Shown: one piece after another, positions 9,032-16,804 of the stretch
How the letters are laid out: the number at the start of each line of letters is the position of its first letter
Position numbering within the stretch: the stretch's first letter is position 1
Source of the DNA: Acidobacteriota bacterium
GTDB taxonomy: Bacteria > Acidobacteriota > UBA6911
Direction of reading: 5' to 3'
Length of the DNA: 64,000 nucleotides
Assembly (NCBI GenBank): GCA_041501225.1
Contig: JBGQNR010000004.1
Coordinates: forward strand, 11,466 to 75,465
The notes under the pieces: generated by a model
Told to the model about the DNA's origin: nothing
Seen by the model: only the letters and a program-made list of their open reading frames with translations
Databases searched by the model: none
Translations under genes and position numbers: made by a program

Positions 9032-9296
9032 AACCGCAGATTAACGCTGATCTATTGAACTGGTTGGGAGGATGAGGCGTGGCTGCGACCCTCTCCGGCG
9101 CGGCCTCTGGCCACGGTCATGGTTGGAGTGCCGTGGGAAAGAGCGCAGTCTGACCGTACGCAAGTCCACATGCGTTCGCGGGCACTCTTTCCCCCGGCAC
9201 TCCGACCATGACCGTGCAACGCAAAGCGTTGGCGCCGGAGAGGGTCGCTGCAAGGTCTCGTCCGATATCAGCGTTCATCTGCGTGCATCTGCGGTT
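9032..9296. repeat. 265-nt triple-nested palindromic element (MITE/REP-like or structured RNA)
   Basis: Arm pairs: 9112-9143/9185-9216 (32 nt, 2 mismatches), 9085-9101/9232-9248 (17/17), 9032-9052/9264-9296 (imperfect, with a 10-nt internal duplication). It lies between convergent gene ends. Confidence 0.85.
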
Positions 9297-9299
9297 AAA

Positions 9300-9338
9300 G
9301 CTCTCTGTGGGCTCTGCGGTCTCTGCGTTGAGCTTTTG
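9300..9338. repeat. Copy of the CTCTGCG repeat family
   Basis: CTCTCTGTGGGCTCTGCGGTCTCTGCGTTGAGCTTTTGG. Its reverse complement shares AAAAGC(C)TCAACGCAGAG..CGCAGAG with 14192-14228, and CTCTGCGTTGAGGGTTTTGG recurs at 27976-27995. Confidence 0.7.
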
Positions 9339-9355
9339 GGGAACGGTTAGTGGGC

Positions 9356-9913
9356 TTACTCTGAGAAGACTTGAGCTTCGAAGATTTGAATCTTCGCTTC
9401 CGGCTGGCGCCATGCCTGAGCGGACAATCCCGCCTTGCGGCAGGTCTGGGTCAGAAAGGTCTCCCGGTCCCAATGATACTTGGAAGCAACTTGGGGCAGT
9501 AGCAAGCCACGCGCGCCCCCCAGTGAAATGACCAGGCCATGTCTGCCCACCTCGATGAGGTTCACGTCCGTTACGCACTCGAAAGCCGACAAAATCGAGA
9601 TCTCTATGGTCAGGTCGGGGATTTCCTTTTGCGACACCGGGTCGAATCGGCTGTCTTCGAGGGCGGCGCTGAGGGCGCAGTGCTGCACGGTGCGGTACAG
9701 CTCACCTTCGCCGGATAGCATGCCGATGCAACCGCGCAAGTCATCTCCCTTGTGCAGGGTTACAAAAGCCCCGGCGCGGCGCAACAGTCCGGGATGCTCC
9801 GTGTGATATTCAGGTACTCGACCGGTCTTGAAATAGTTCTCGAGAGTGGCGCGCGTGAGCGCAAGGAGTTCCTTCTGTGCGGATTCGTCCAGAAGCGGCA
9901 TTGAGGTGTCCAT
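9356..9913 (-). CDS. AMMECR1 domain protein (AmmeMemoRadiSam system protein A-like)
   Basis: GAFVTLHKGDDLRGCIG...ALEDSRFDPV...EISILS...GLVISLGGARGLLLPQV. Confidence 0.88.
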   Translation of the reverse strand: MDTSMPLLDESAQKELLALTRATLENYFKTGRVPEYHTEHPGLLRRAGAFVTLHKGDDLRGCIGMLSGEGELYRTVQHCALSAALEDSRFDPVSQKEIPDLTIEISILSAFECVTDVNLIEVGRHGLVISLGGARGLLLPQVASKYHWDRETFLTQTCRKAGLSAQAWRQPEAKIQIFEAQVFSE

Positions 9914-9952
9914 GATCGCTGGTTTGCGCCAATGCGCAAATAAATGATGCGG

Positions 9953-10651
9953 TTAGTCCTGCAGGCTGCGCAAAGTCGGATGCTCGGCATCCAATTTCGC
10001 CCTTCTCTGACGCTCGAGTTTGCGCAGCCGGCGGAGTTCCCGCCGTTCCGCCATGATCTGCCGCTTGCGCTCAAGGATGCGCAGGCGCCGATGCTCACGA
10101 TTCTTGATGCTGTTGTCCAGTTTGGACCAGAATTCGACGAAGTATTGAACCATGGAAACCAGCGCGAACAAGACCACTGCCCAGAGCAGGATTTTCGCAG
10201 TTTGCATGATCCAACCGGGGTGCGCGTGCCCAAGGATCAGCCCGGCCACAGCGGCTACCTGAAGCACCATCTTGCCCTTGCCGAGCGTGGATACGCCGAT
10301 TTGGAAACCCTCGGAAGCAGCGATGCTCCGCAAGCCGCTGACGGCGAATTCCCGTCCCAGGATGATGGCGACCATCCAGGCCGGGGCGGCCTCAAGTTGT
10401 ACCAGTGAAATGAGGGCAGAGGAAATCAGCAGCTTGTCGGCGATCGGGTCAAGAAGCCGGCCGAGTGTCGTGACCTGCTTGCGACGCCGGGCCAGGTAGC
10501 CGTCCAGAAGATCGGTAAGCGCGGCCCCGAGAAACAGGGATACCCCCCAAATAGCCCAGGTCTGGATCTGCGTCGGTCGCGTCAGCAGAACTACCACGAC
10601 AAACGGCACCAGAAAGATGCGCGCCAATGTCAAACTGTTCGGGAGGTTCAT
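9953..10651 (-). CDS. pgsA: CDP-diacylglycerol--glycerol-3-phosphate 3-phosphatidyltransferase with Arg-rich C-terminal tail
   Basis: CDP-alcohol phosphotransferase motif DLLDGYLARRRKQVTTLGRLLDPIADKL. Multiple TM segments. An extra 50-aa charged tail, KNREHRRLRILERKRQ...RRAKLD. Confidence 0.9.
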   Translation of the reverse strand: MNLPNSLTLARIFLVPFVVVVLLTRPTQIQTWAIWGVSLFLGAALTDLLDGYLARRRKQVTTLGRLLDPIADKLLISSALISLVQLEAAPAWMVAIILGREFAVSGLRSIAASEGFQIGVSTLGKGKMVLQVAAVAGLILGHAHPGWIMQTAKILLWAVVLFALVSMVQYFVEFWSKLDNSIKNREHRRLRILERKRQIMAERRELRRLRKLERQRRAKLDAEHPTLRSLQD

Positions 10652-10731
10652 AGCCAGTTTTTCAACAGCCCTAAAACTAACACAGATTTTACCAAAGCAG
10701 GCACAGATTAAAGCAACAAAACGCTATATTC

Positions 10732-10851
10732 ATTTTGGATTTTGGATTGGGGATTTTGGATTGTTGGCAAGCCATGCAAGTGCTTTGCTGTGGCCTCTTC
10801 CACCTTCGTTCTCGCTTTTCAATCCAAAATCCGCAATCCAAAATCCAAAAT
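10732..10851. repeat. Hairpin element with 32-nt arms
   Basis: ATTTTGGATTTTGGATTGGGGATTTTGGATTG (10732-10763) versus CAATCCAAAATCCGCAATCCAAAATCCAAAAT (10820-10851). There is 1 mismatch and a 56-nt loop. Confidence 0.9.
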
Positions 10852-10853
10852 CG

Positions 10854-11714
10854 TCAGGACTGGAGGATGACCGTTGCTTCGCAGTGCGAAAGGACGCGCT
10901 CGGTTGTGCTCCCGAACAGCATTTCCCGGATCGGGCTATGTCCATAGGCCCCCATAATCAGGATATCCGAGCCGGCAGCGCTCACAATATCGCAGAGCAG
11001 TTCGGAGGGTTTCGAGCCGATCACCACTTTTTTCTTGGGGGTCAGGCCGTGATGGCAGAGAAATGCCTCTGCCGGCTCGAGAACCTCCAAGCCGGATTCA
11101 TCCGTGGGCGCCACGGTAGTCAGGGTGCATTCCATCCCGAATCCTGCCCCCAATTCCATCGCCGTGGTCAAGGCTCGGGCTGCATGGAGGCTGCCGTCAA
11201 AAGCGACCATCAGGTTCCTGACGGCGCCCGTGGCGGGGAAGGTTTTTCCGGCGACCAGAACCGGCCGGATCGAGCCGCGAATCACACTGGAAACCAGAGG
11301 ATCGACGGTCCTGTTCTCGCCTTTGGACGTCCGGACATAGCCGGTGCGCGACATGACAACCACGTCGTGCGCCACAGCTTCCCGGGCGATGACCTCACCG
11401 GGGATACCGGTTTTGACCTCGATTGAGCAGGACAGCCCTTTCCCCCCGCAAATATGCGCGAATTTGTCGAGGCGCTCCTTGGCAAACCTGGTCAGTTCAT
11501 CCATGAGAGCCTGGCTTTCTGCAATGGGAGGAGAAACCACGGATGGCATGAAGCCGTCGGCAGTGCCAAGCACAGGGATCTCAAAGGATTTGATGTCGAT
11601 TACGGCGAGAGCCTGGATGTGGCCGCCGTTTTTCCCGGCCAGCCAGAAAGCAAAGTCCCAGGCGCTCGTTGCCTGGGGCCACTCAGCCATGGGCAGAAGA
11701 ATTGAAGCGAGCAT
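10854..11714 (-). CDS. Tandem universal stress protein (UspA family)
   Basis: Two USP halves. The C-terminal ATP-binding-like motif is SDILIMGAYGHSPIREMLFGSTTERVLSH. Confidence 0.85.
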   Translation of the reverse strand: MLASILLPMAEWPQATSAWDFAFWLAGKNGGHIQALAVIDIKSFEIPVLGTADGFMPSVVSPPIAESQALMDELTRFAKERLDKFAHICGGKGLSCSIEVKTGIPGEVIAREAVAHDVVVMSRTGYVRTSKGENRTVDPLVSSVIRGSIRPVLVAGKTFPATGAVRNLMVAFDGSLHAARALTTAMELGAGFGMECTLTTVAPTDESGLEVLEPAEAFLCHHGLTPKKKVVIGSKPSELLCDIVSAAGSDILIMGAYGHSPIREMLFGSTTERVLSHCEATVILQS

Positions 11715-11741
11715 AACCCCTCCCGTCAGTAAAGGGGATGA

Positions 11742-12881
11742 TCACGAAAGGCCCAAATCCGATTTGATCTTGAACAGGCCCAGAAGGTCCCGACGTGAAA
11801 TTATCCCGACCAGCTTGCCACCTTCGATCACCGGCATGCTGCTCAAATCCTCTGCAACCATGCGCTTGAAGGCCTCGGTGGCGTCCTCCGCAGGTCTAAG
11901 GTATGGCACCTGTTCGATCGGGGTCATAATATCGCGGACTTGCTTAAACATCCATAATTCCTTGGGGACAGTCTTCACGTGATGCAGAGAAACTATCCCG
12001 ACCAGCTCATCCTGGTTGAATACAGGGAAATTGCTGAACTGGTATTTATAGATATATTCATTCACCAATTCCTCAAGCGACGCCAGCCAGTCCACCGAGA
12101 TCACGTTCTCTTTCATCACCTGCCGAACCTGCACTCCGGCGAGCGATTCCCTAATCACGACCGCCTGATAGCTTCCCGTCGCAGATTGCCTCATGAACAA
12201 ACCGATCAGGACAAACCAGAGTCCTGTAATCAAACTCTGTGCCAGCACGAACAGCAGGATCCCGAGAAAGATGAGAAAGAGAGCAAAAGAGTTGCCAATC
12301 TGGCTGACCACTCTGGTCGCCCGCGTCAAGTTGGCCCAGCGATCCCACAGGATCGCGCGCAGGATCCGGCCGCCATCGAGCGGGAAGCCCGGAATCATGT
12401 TGAAGACTCCAAGCAGAACATTCGCAGCTGCCAGGTACCAGGCCACCGCGGCAGCCGGTCCAAGCCTTCCAGTCACCAGCATGAAGCCATAGAGTAAGCC
12501 GAAGCCAAACCCGAGCATCATGCTGGTCGCCGGCCCTGCGAGGGCAATCAGAAACTCATGCCGGCCCGATTCGGGCTCGGAAGAGACCTGGGCCAGCCCG
12601 CCAAATATGAACAGGCGGATGACTGTAACCCTTATCCCATACCTGATCGCCACAAAGGAATGAGCTAACTCATGCAGCAGCACGGAAGCAAAAAACAGAA
12701 TCGCGGCGCACAGGCCCATGATCCAGTACTGTGCCGTGCTGAATTGCTGCTGAACTGCCGGAAAATAGCTCTCGGCCATGGTAGAAACGACCAATATGAA
12801 AATGATAAACCACGAGTAGTCGATGATGATTTGAATGCCGCCCAGCCGGATTAGATGTATGCCTTTCCATTGCATGAACAA
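11742..12881 (-). CDS. Site-2 protease family (M50) metalloprotease with C-terminal CBS pair
   Basis: HELAHSF (HExxH), NMIPGFPLDGGR, multiple TM helices. CBS-like segments: VMKENVISV...GIVSL and MTPIEQVPYL...VGIISRRDLL. Confidence 0.88.
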   Translation of the reverse strand: MFMQWKGIHLIRLGGIQIIIDYSWFIIFILVVSTMAESYFPAVQQQFSTAQYWIMGLCAAILFFASVLLHELAHSFVAIRYGIRVTVIRLFIFGGLAQVSSEPESGRHEFLIALAGPATSMMLGFGFGLLYGFMLVTGRLGPAAAVAWYLAAANVLLGVFNMIPGFPLDGGRILRAILWDRWANLTRATRVVSQIGNSFALFLIFLGILLFVLAQSLITGLWFVLIGLFMRQSATGSYQAVVIRESLAGVQVRQVMKENVISVDWLASLEELVNEYIYKYQFSNFPVFNQDELVGIVSLHHVKTVPKELWMFKQVRDIMTPIEQVPYLRPAEDATEAFKRMVAEDLSSMPVIEGGKLVGIISRRDLLGLFKIKSDLGLS

Positions 12882-12923
12882 GGTATACCATGAACAGGCA
12901 AGGTTTTTAACCGTGCTTGCTTG

Positions 12924-13016
12924 GATCCGACTTCAGGTATCCGACATCCGACCACCGGCCGCAGACCTCAGAATCCAGAGGTCGGATGTCTGAGGTCGGA
13001 TGTCTGAGGTCGGATC
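12924..13016. repeat. Palindromic element built from tandem 14-nt GAGGTCGGATGTCT units
   Basis: The right side 12978-13016 holds 2.8 tandem units. The left side 12924-12953 is their imperfect reverse complement (GATCCGACTTCAGGTATCCGACATCCGACC). Confidence 0.8.
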
Positions 13017-13069
13017 AATAGGTCTTGGGGAAAAATGTGATACAATTCCCGCTTGATTAGGGGGTAAGA

Positions 13070-14110
13070 GTGATTAAGGCATTCATTCTCGCAGGCGGTA
13101 AAGGGGCGCACCTTCGTCCCCTGGCTTTGCACATCCCGAAGCCGATTGTGCCGCTGGCAAACATTCCGTTCCTTTTCTTCCAGATCGATCACATCAAGCG
13201 CGCCGGGATCACGGAAATCATTCTGGGCCTATCCTACCAACCGCGCAAGATTACCGACATTTTCGGCGATGGCATGAAGTACGGTGTCACCATGCGGTAC
13301 ACCTACGAAGACCTCCCGCGCGGAACGGCAGGCGCCCTGAAGGCTGCGGAAAACCTGATCGATGACACCACCGTCGTGCTGAATGGGGACGTTCTCACCG
13401 ACACCGATATTCGCGAAGTTATCCAGTTTCACCAGGAGCACAAGGCGGAAGCCACAATTGTCACGGCGCGCGTGATGAATCCCAGCGGGTACGGCATGGT
13501 GGAAGCCGGCCAAGACGGCCGGGCCATTCGGTTCCTCGAGAAACCTCCCGAAGATGAGATCACCGGCGATACCATCAACGCCGGCATCTACGTCCTGGAA
13601 CATTCGGTCCTCAATCGCATTTCGAGCGAGGGGCCCCAGAGTTTTGAGCGCGAAATTTTCCCCTCCATGCTGGCCGATGGGGCGCGCATTTACACCTATT
13701 TGAGCCGCGCATATTGGCAGGATATCGGTAGCCCTCAAAAGTACCTCGAAGCACATTACGGGATCATTTCGGGCCGCGTAAAGCTCCCCACCTATCCCCA
13801 GAAATACTGTCCTCCGAATAACTGGGAGAAGAAGAACGTCCAAATTGACTCTTTCTCGATTCTCGACGGCGGCTGCATGATCAAATCCGGCGTCGTAATC
13901 GAGAACTCGGTGCTGGGGGAAGATTGCCGGGTCGAAGAGGGAGCGCTGATCAAGGATTCCGTGATCTGGAGCCAAACCCGGATACGACCAAATGCAAGAA
14001 TCGAAAGGGCCATTGTCGGGCGCCAGTGCCACATCGGCGAAGGGGTGAGGCTGCGACCTGGAACCGTTCTGGGTGATAAAACGATCGTAACCGACTACAG
14101 CGTTCTCTGA
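13070..14110 (+). CDS. Sugar-phosphate nucleotidyltransferase (mannose-1-phosphate guanylyltransferase-like) with C-terminal left-handed beta-helix
   Basis: Signature ILAGGKGAHLRPL, GTAGAL, EKP. Hexapeptide-repeat C-terminus (VIENSVLGEDCRVEEGALIKDSVIW...). GTG start at 13070. Confidence 0.85.
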   Translation: MIKAFILAGGKGAHLRPLALHIPKPIVPLANIPFLFFQIDHIKRAGITEIILGLSYQPRKITDIFGDGMKYGVTMRYTYEDLPRGTAGALKAAENLIDDTTVVLNGDVLTDTDIREVIQFHQEHKAEATIVTARVMNPSGYGMVEAGQDGRAIRFLEKPPEDEITGDTINAGIYVLEHSVLNRISSEGPQSFEREIFPSMLADGARIYTYLSRAYWQDIGSPQKYLEAHYGIISGRVKLPTYPQKYCPPNNWEKKNVQIDSFSILDGGCMIKSGVVIENSVLGEDCRVEEGALIKDSVIWSQTRIRPNARIERAIVGRQCHIGEGVRLRPGTVLGDKTIVTDYSVL

Positions 14111-14189
14111 TCCGACCCTGCGAATTGCACGCAGCAGCACCGCAATCAAAATCACAACCACGAAATATACGGTGCGGAATATCCGCAAC

Positions 14190-14275
14190 CTAAAAGCCTC
14201 AACGCAGAGGGCGCAGAGACCGCAGAGGATTTTTTGCTTTTGAATGACTCTTCTCTGCGCCCTCCGCGATGAGTT
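14190..14275. repeat. CTCTGCG-family hairpin element between convergent genes
   Basis: GCAGAGGGCGCAGAGA (within 14203-14228) pairs with TCTCTGCGCCCTCCGC (within 14248-14268), 1 mismatch in 16. Confidence 0.75.
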
Positions 14276-14333
14276 TGTCGGGTTGGGGCCTTCCGTATTG
14301 CGTATTTCACTACTTCAGGAGAGCAAACAGTGG

Positions 14334-16190
14334 TTATGCGGTTGGCTTGTCGCTTTCTGTTGTGATCTCGGCGGAGAGGCTCAAAAAGTATTCGATGAGT
14401 TGGGCAGCGGCCTTCGGCCCGACATACGGAACCAATTCCTCGTAATTAGCCTTCCGGACGCGTTCGAGACTGCCGAAAGCCCGCAGCAATACTTTTTTGC
14501 GCACCTCCCCTATCCCGGGTACGGCATCCAGTTCGGAGGAATGGTCGCGCATCTCGAGCCGCTTCCGGTGATAGCTCACCGCGAATCGATGCGCCTCATC
14601 ACGCAACGTCTGGATGAGATGCAGGATCGGCGATTCGCGGGGCAGCACAACCGGCTCTTCCCTGCCCTGCACAAAGAGGATTTCCTCCTTCTTGGCAATC
14701 GCAGCCACGGCGCACTCCTCCAGACCAAGATCTGAAAGCGCCTCCACTGCGGCCGAGAGCTGGCCTTTGCCGCCATCGATCAGAATCAGATCCGGCATGC
14801 GCCTGTCATCTTTTTCCAGCACATCCTCGTAGTGGCGATGCACGACCTCGCGCATGGACGCAAAATCGTCCGGCCCTTTGACGCTTTCGATCTTGAATCT
14901 CCGGTAGTCACTTTTCTTCATTTCCCCGTTTTCGCACACGACCATGCTGGCCACGGTGTCTGCGCCCTGCGTATGGGAGATGTCAAAGGCTTCAATGCGG
15001 TGTGGCAATGATTCCATGCCGAGCGCTGCCTGGAGCGGCCGCAGGACCTCCGCACCGCGGGGCTTCAAAATGCGGAAACGGGTCTCATATGACATGTGGG
15101 CATTTCGCATCACCAGATCCAGCAGGCCGGCTTTCAGACCGCGCTTGGGCGAGCGGATGTAAACCCGGTACCCCCTTCGCTGCGAAAGCCAGTCCTCCAA
15201 CGCTTCGGCGTCCTCGATGTCGGTGGGGATCAGTATCTCCTTGGGAGTAAAGGTGTCCTGCAAGTAGTACTGCTTGAGCGCCGATGAGAAGAACTCGCTC
15301 GGATCGAACGCTAAGAGGTCCTCCCAATAAAATTCGCGCCGGCCGACCATGCGTCCTCCACGCATGGCAAAAACGGCCATCGCGAGTTGCGCTCCTTCCT
15401 GGGCATAGCCGAACAGATCGGTGTCGTCCTGGCCTTCCAGAATCATCTTCTGCCGTTCCGACATGTCGTGTACCATGGCAATCCAGTCACGGTAGATAGC
15501 GGCGGCTTCGTAACGGAGTTCTTCGGCAGCCTGCGCCATACGCTGTTCCAACTCCTTAACCAGCCTCTCCGTCTTTCCTGAGAGCAGAAGCTTGACGTCT
15601 TCCACCGCCCGCGCGTACTCCACCTTCGAGCACAGGCCCTCTACACAGGGCCCCAGACATCGTTTCATCTGATAGTCAAGGCAGGGCCGGGACAGTGTCC
15701 CGTCAATGGGGAGGTTGCAGGTGCGTAACTTGAAATACCGGTGGATCAACCGGATCGTCTGGCGTGCGTAACTCGCCGGCAGGAACGGGCCGAAGTGGAG
15801 CGCGCCGTCATTTCGAATCCGGCGTGTGATAAATATGCGCGGGTAGGCTTCGTTCACCGTGAGCTTGATGTACGGAAAACTCTTGTCATCTTTGAGATTG
15901 ACGTTGTATCGGGGCTGATTCTGCTTGACCAGAGTCGACTCGAGAATCAGCGCCTCGACCTCATTGTCGACGACGATGGTTTCGAGGTCCGCAATCTCCG
16001 CCACCAGATGCTCGGTCTTGGGATCCGGCGACCGGCTTTCCTGGAAATAGGAACGAACCCTGCTCCTCAAGGACAGGGCTTTGCCCACATAGATCTTCTT
16101 GCCGTCGGCGTTCTTGAAGATGTAAACGCCGGGAGAAGCCGGCAAATTGTCGAGTTTCTGCCGCAACAGATTGGAGGGGTTTTCGGACAT
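14334..16190 (-). CDS. uvrC: Excinuclease ABC subunit C
   Basis: GIY-YIG N-terminus GVYIFKNADGKKIYVGKA. UvrBC-interaction region. LRDEAHRFA. C-terminal HhH LDAVPGIGEVRKKVLLRAFGS. Confidence 0.97.
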   Translation of the reverse strand: MSENPSNLLRQKLDNLPASPGVYIFKNADGKKIYVGKALSLRSRVRSYFQESRSPDPKTEHLVAEIADLETIVVDNEVEALILESTLVKQNQPRYNVNLKDDKSFPYIKLTVNEAYPRIFITRRIRNDGALHFGPFLPASYARQTIRLIHRYFKLRTCNLPIDGTLSRPCLDYQMKRCLGPCVEGLCSKVEYARAVEDVKLLLSGKTERLVKELEQRMAQAAEELRYEAAAIYRDWIAMVHDMSERQKMILEGQDDTDLFGYAQEGAQLAMAVFAMRGGRMVGRREFYWEDLLAFDPSEFFSSALKQYYLQDTFTPKEILIPTDIEDAEALEDWLSQRRGYRVYIRSPKRGLKAGLLDLVMRNAHMSYETRFRILKPRGAEVLRPLQAALGMESLPHRIEAFDISHTQGADTVASMVVCENGEMKKSDYRRFKIESVKGPDDFASMREVVHRHYEDVLEKDDRRMPDLILIDGGKGQLSAAVEALSDLGLEECAVAAIAKKEEILFVQGREEPVVLPRESPILHLIQTLRDEAHRFAVSYHRKRLEMRDHSSELDAVPGIGEVRKKVLLRAFGSLERVRKANYEELVPYVGPKAAAQLIEYFLSLSAEITTESDKPTA

Positions 16191-16218
16191 TGCTGATAAT
16201 TATACCGGAAACGCAAAA

Positions 16219-16283
16219 GCAAAAAGCAGCTACGAAGAACACGAATAAGAATAGCATTCGCGTCGTTCGCGGCTGCTTTTTGC
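16219..16283 (-). terminator. Hairpin downstream of the yqeY-like gene, possible intrinsic terminator
   Basis: On the minus strand, GCAAAAAGCAGC ... GCTGCTTTTTGC form a 12-bp stem whose interior is also partly self-complementary. It is followed by the T-rich TTTTGCGTTT. Confidence 0.45.
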
Positions 16284-16300
16284 CTTTGCGCTTTCTGCGG

Positions 16301-16780
16301 CTAGGCTTTTGGCTCCAGACGCCGGCGGACGGCCGCATTGACGGTCTTGCCGTCGACGAGTTTCCCGGCAAAGCGCGCCATGCACTGTTTCATGACGGCG
16401 CCGATGTCCTTCGGGGAGGAGGCGCCCGTTGCCCGGATCACCTCTTCGACGGTCTGCTCGATCTCGTCGCTGGATACGGCCGTGGGGAGATACTCTTCGA
16501 TAATCTTGATTTCGGCGGCTTCTTTGTCGGCCAGTTCGAGCCTGCCGCCGCTGGTGAACTGTTCAATCGAATCCTTGCGCTGTTTGATCAGCGTGGAAAG
16601 CACCTGGATCACCTGCGGATCGTCGAGCTCCGCCCGCATGTCAATCTCTTTGTTTTTGATGGCGGTCTTCATCATGCGCAAGACGCTCAAGCGCAGAGGG
16701 TCTTTGGCCTTCATGGCCGCCGTAAGATCTCCGTTGATCTTGTCTCGAAGTTTCACGATCAGCTCCTTATTGCGCCGCAA
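16301..16780 (-). CDS. GatB/YqeY domain-containing protein
   Basis: LTAAMKAKDPLRLSVLRMMKTAIKNKEID...LIKQRKDSIEQF...EAAEIKIIEEYLP. Confidence 0.88.
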   Translation of the reverse strand: MRRNKELIVKLRDKINGDLTAAMKAKDPLRLSVLRMMKTAIKNKEIDMRAELDDPQVIQVLSTLIKQRKDSIEQFTSGGRLELADKEAAEIKIIEEYLPTAVSSDEIEQTVEEVIRATGASSPKDIGAVMKQCMARFAGKLVDGKTVNAAVRRRLEPKA

Positions 16781-16804
16781 AGGCGCGCCGGAAAGCGATT
16801 CTTA

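Noticed and set aside
12978-13016. CRISPR-like array, considered for the short tandem repeats here and at 45530-45551 and 50144-50171.
   Set aside because: The units are 11-14 nt and directly abutting, without spacers. There are at most three copies and no cas genes in the window.
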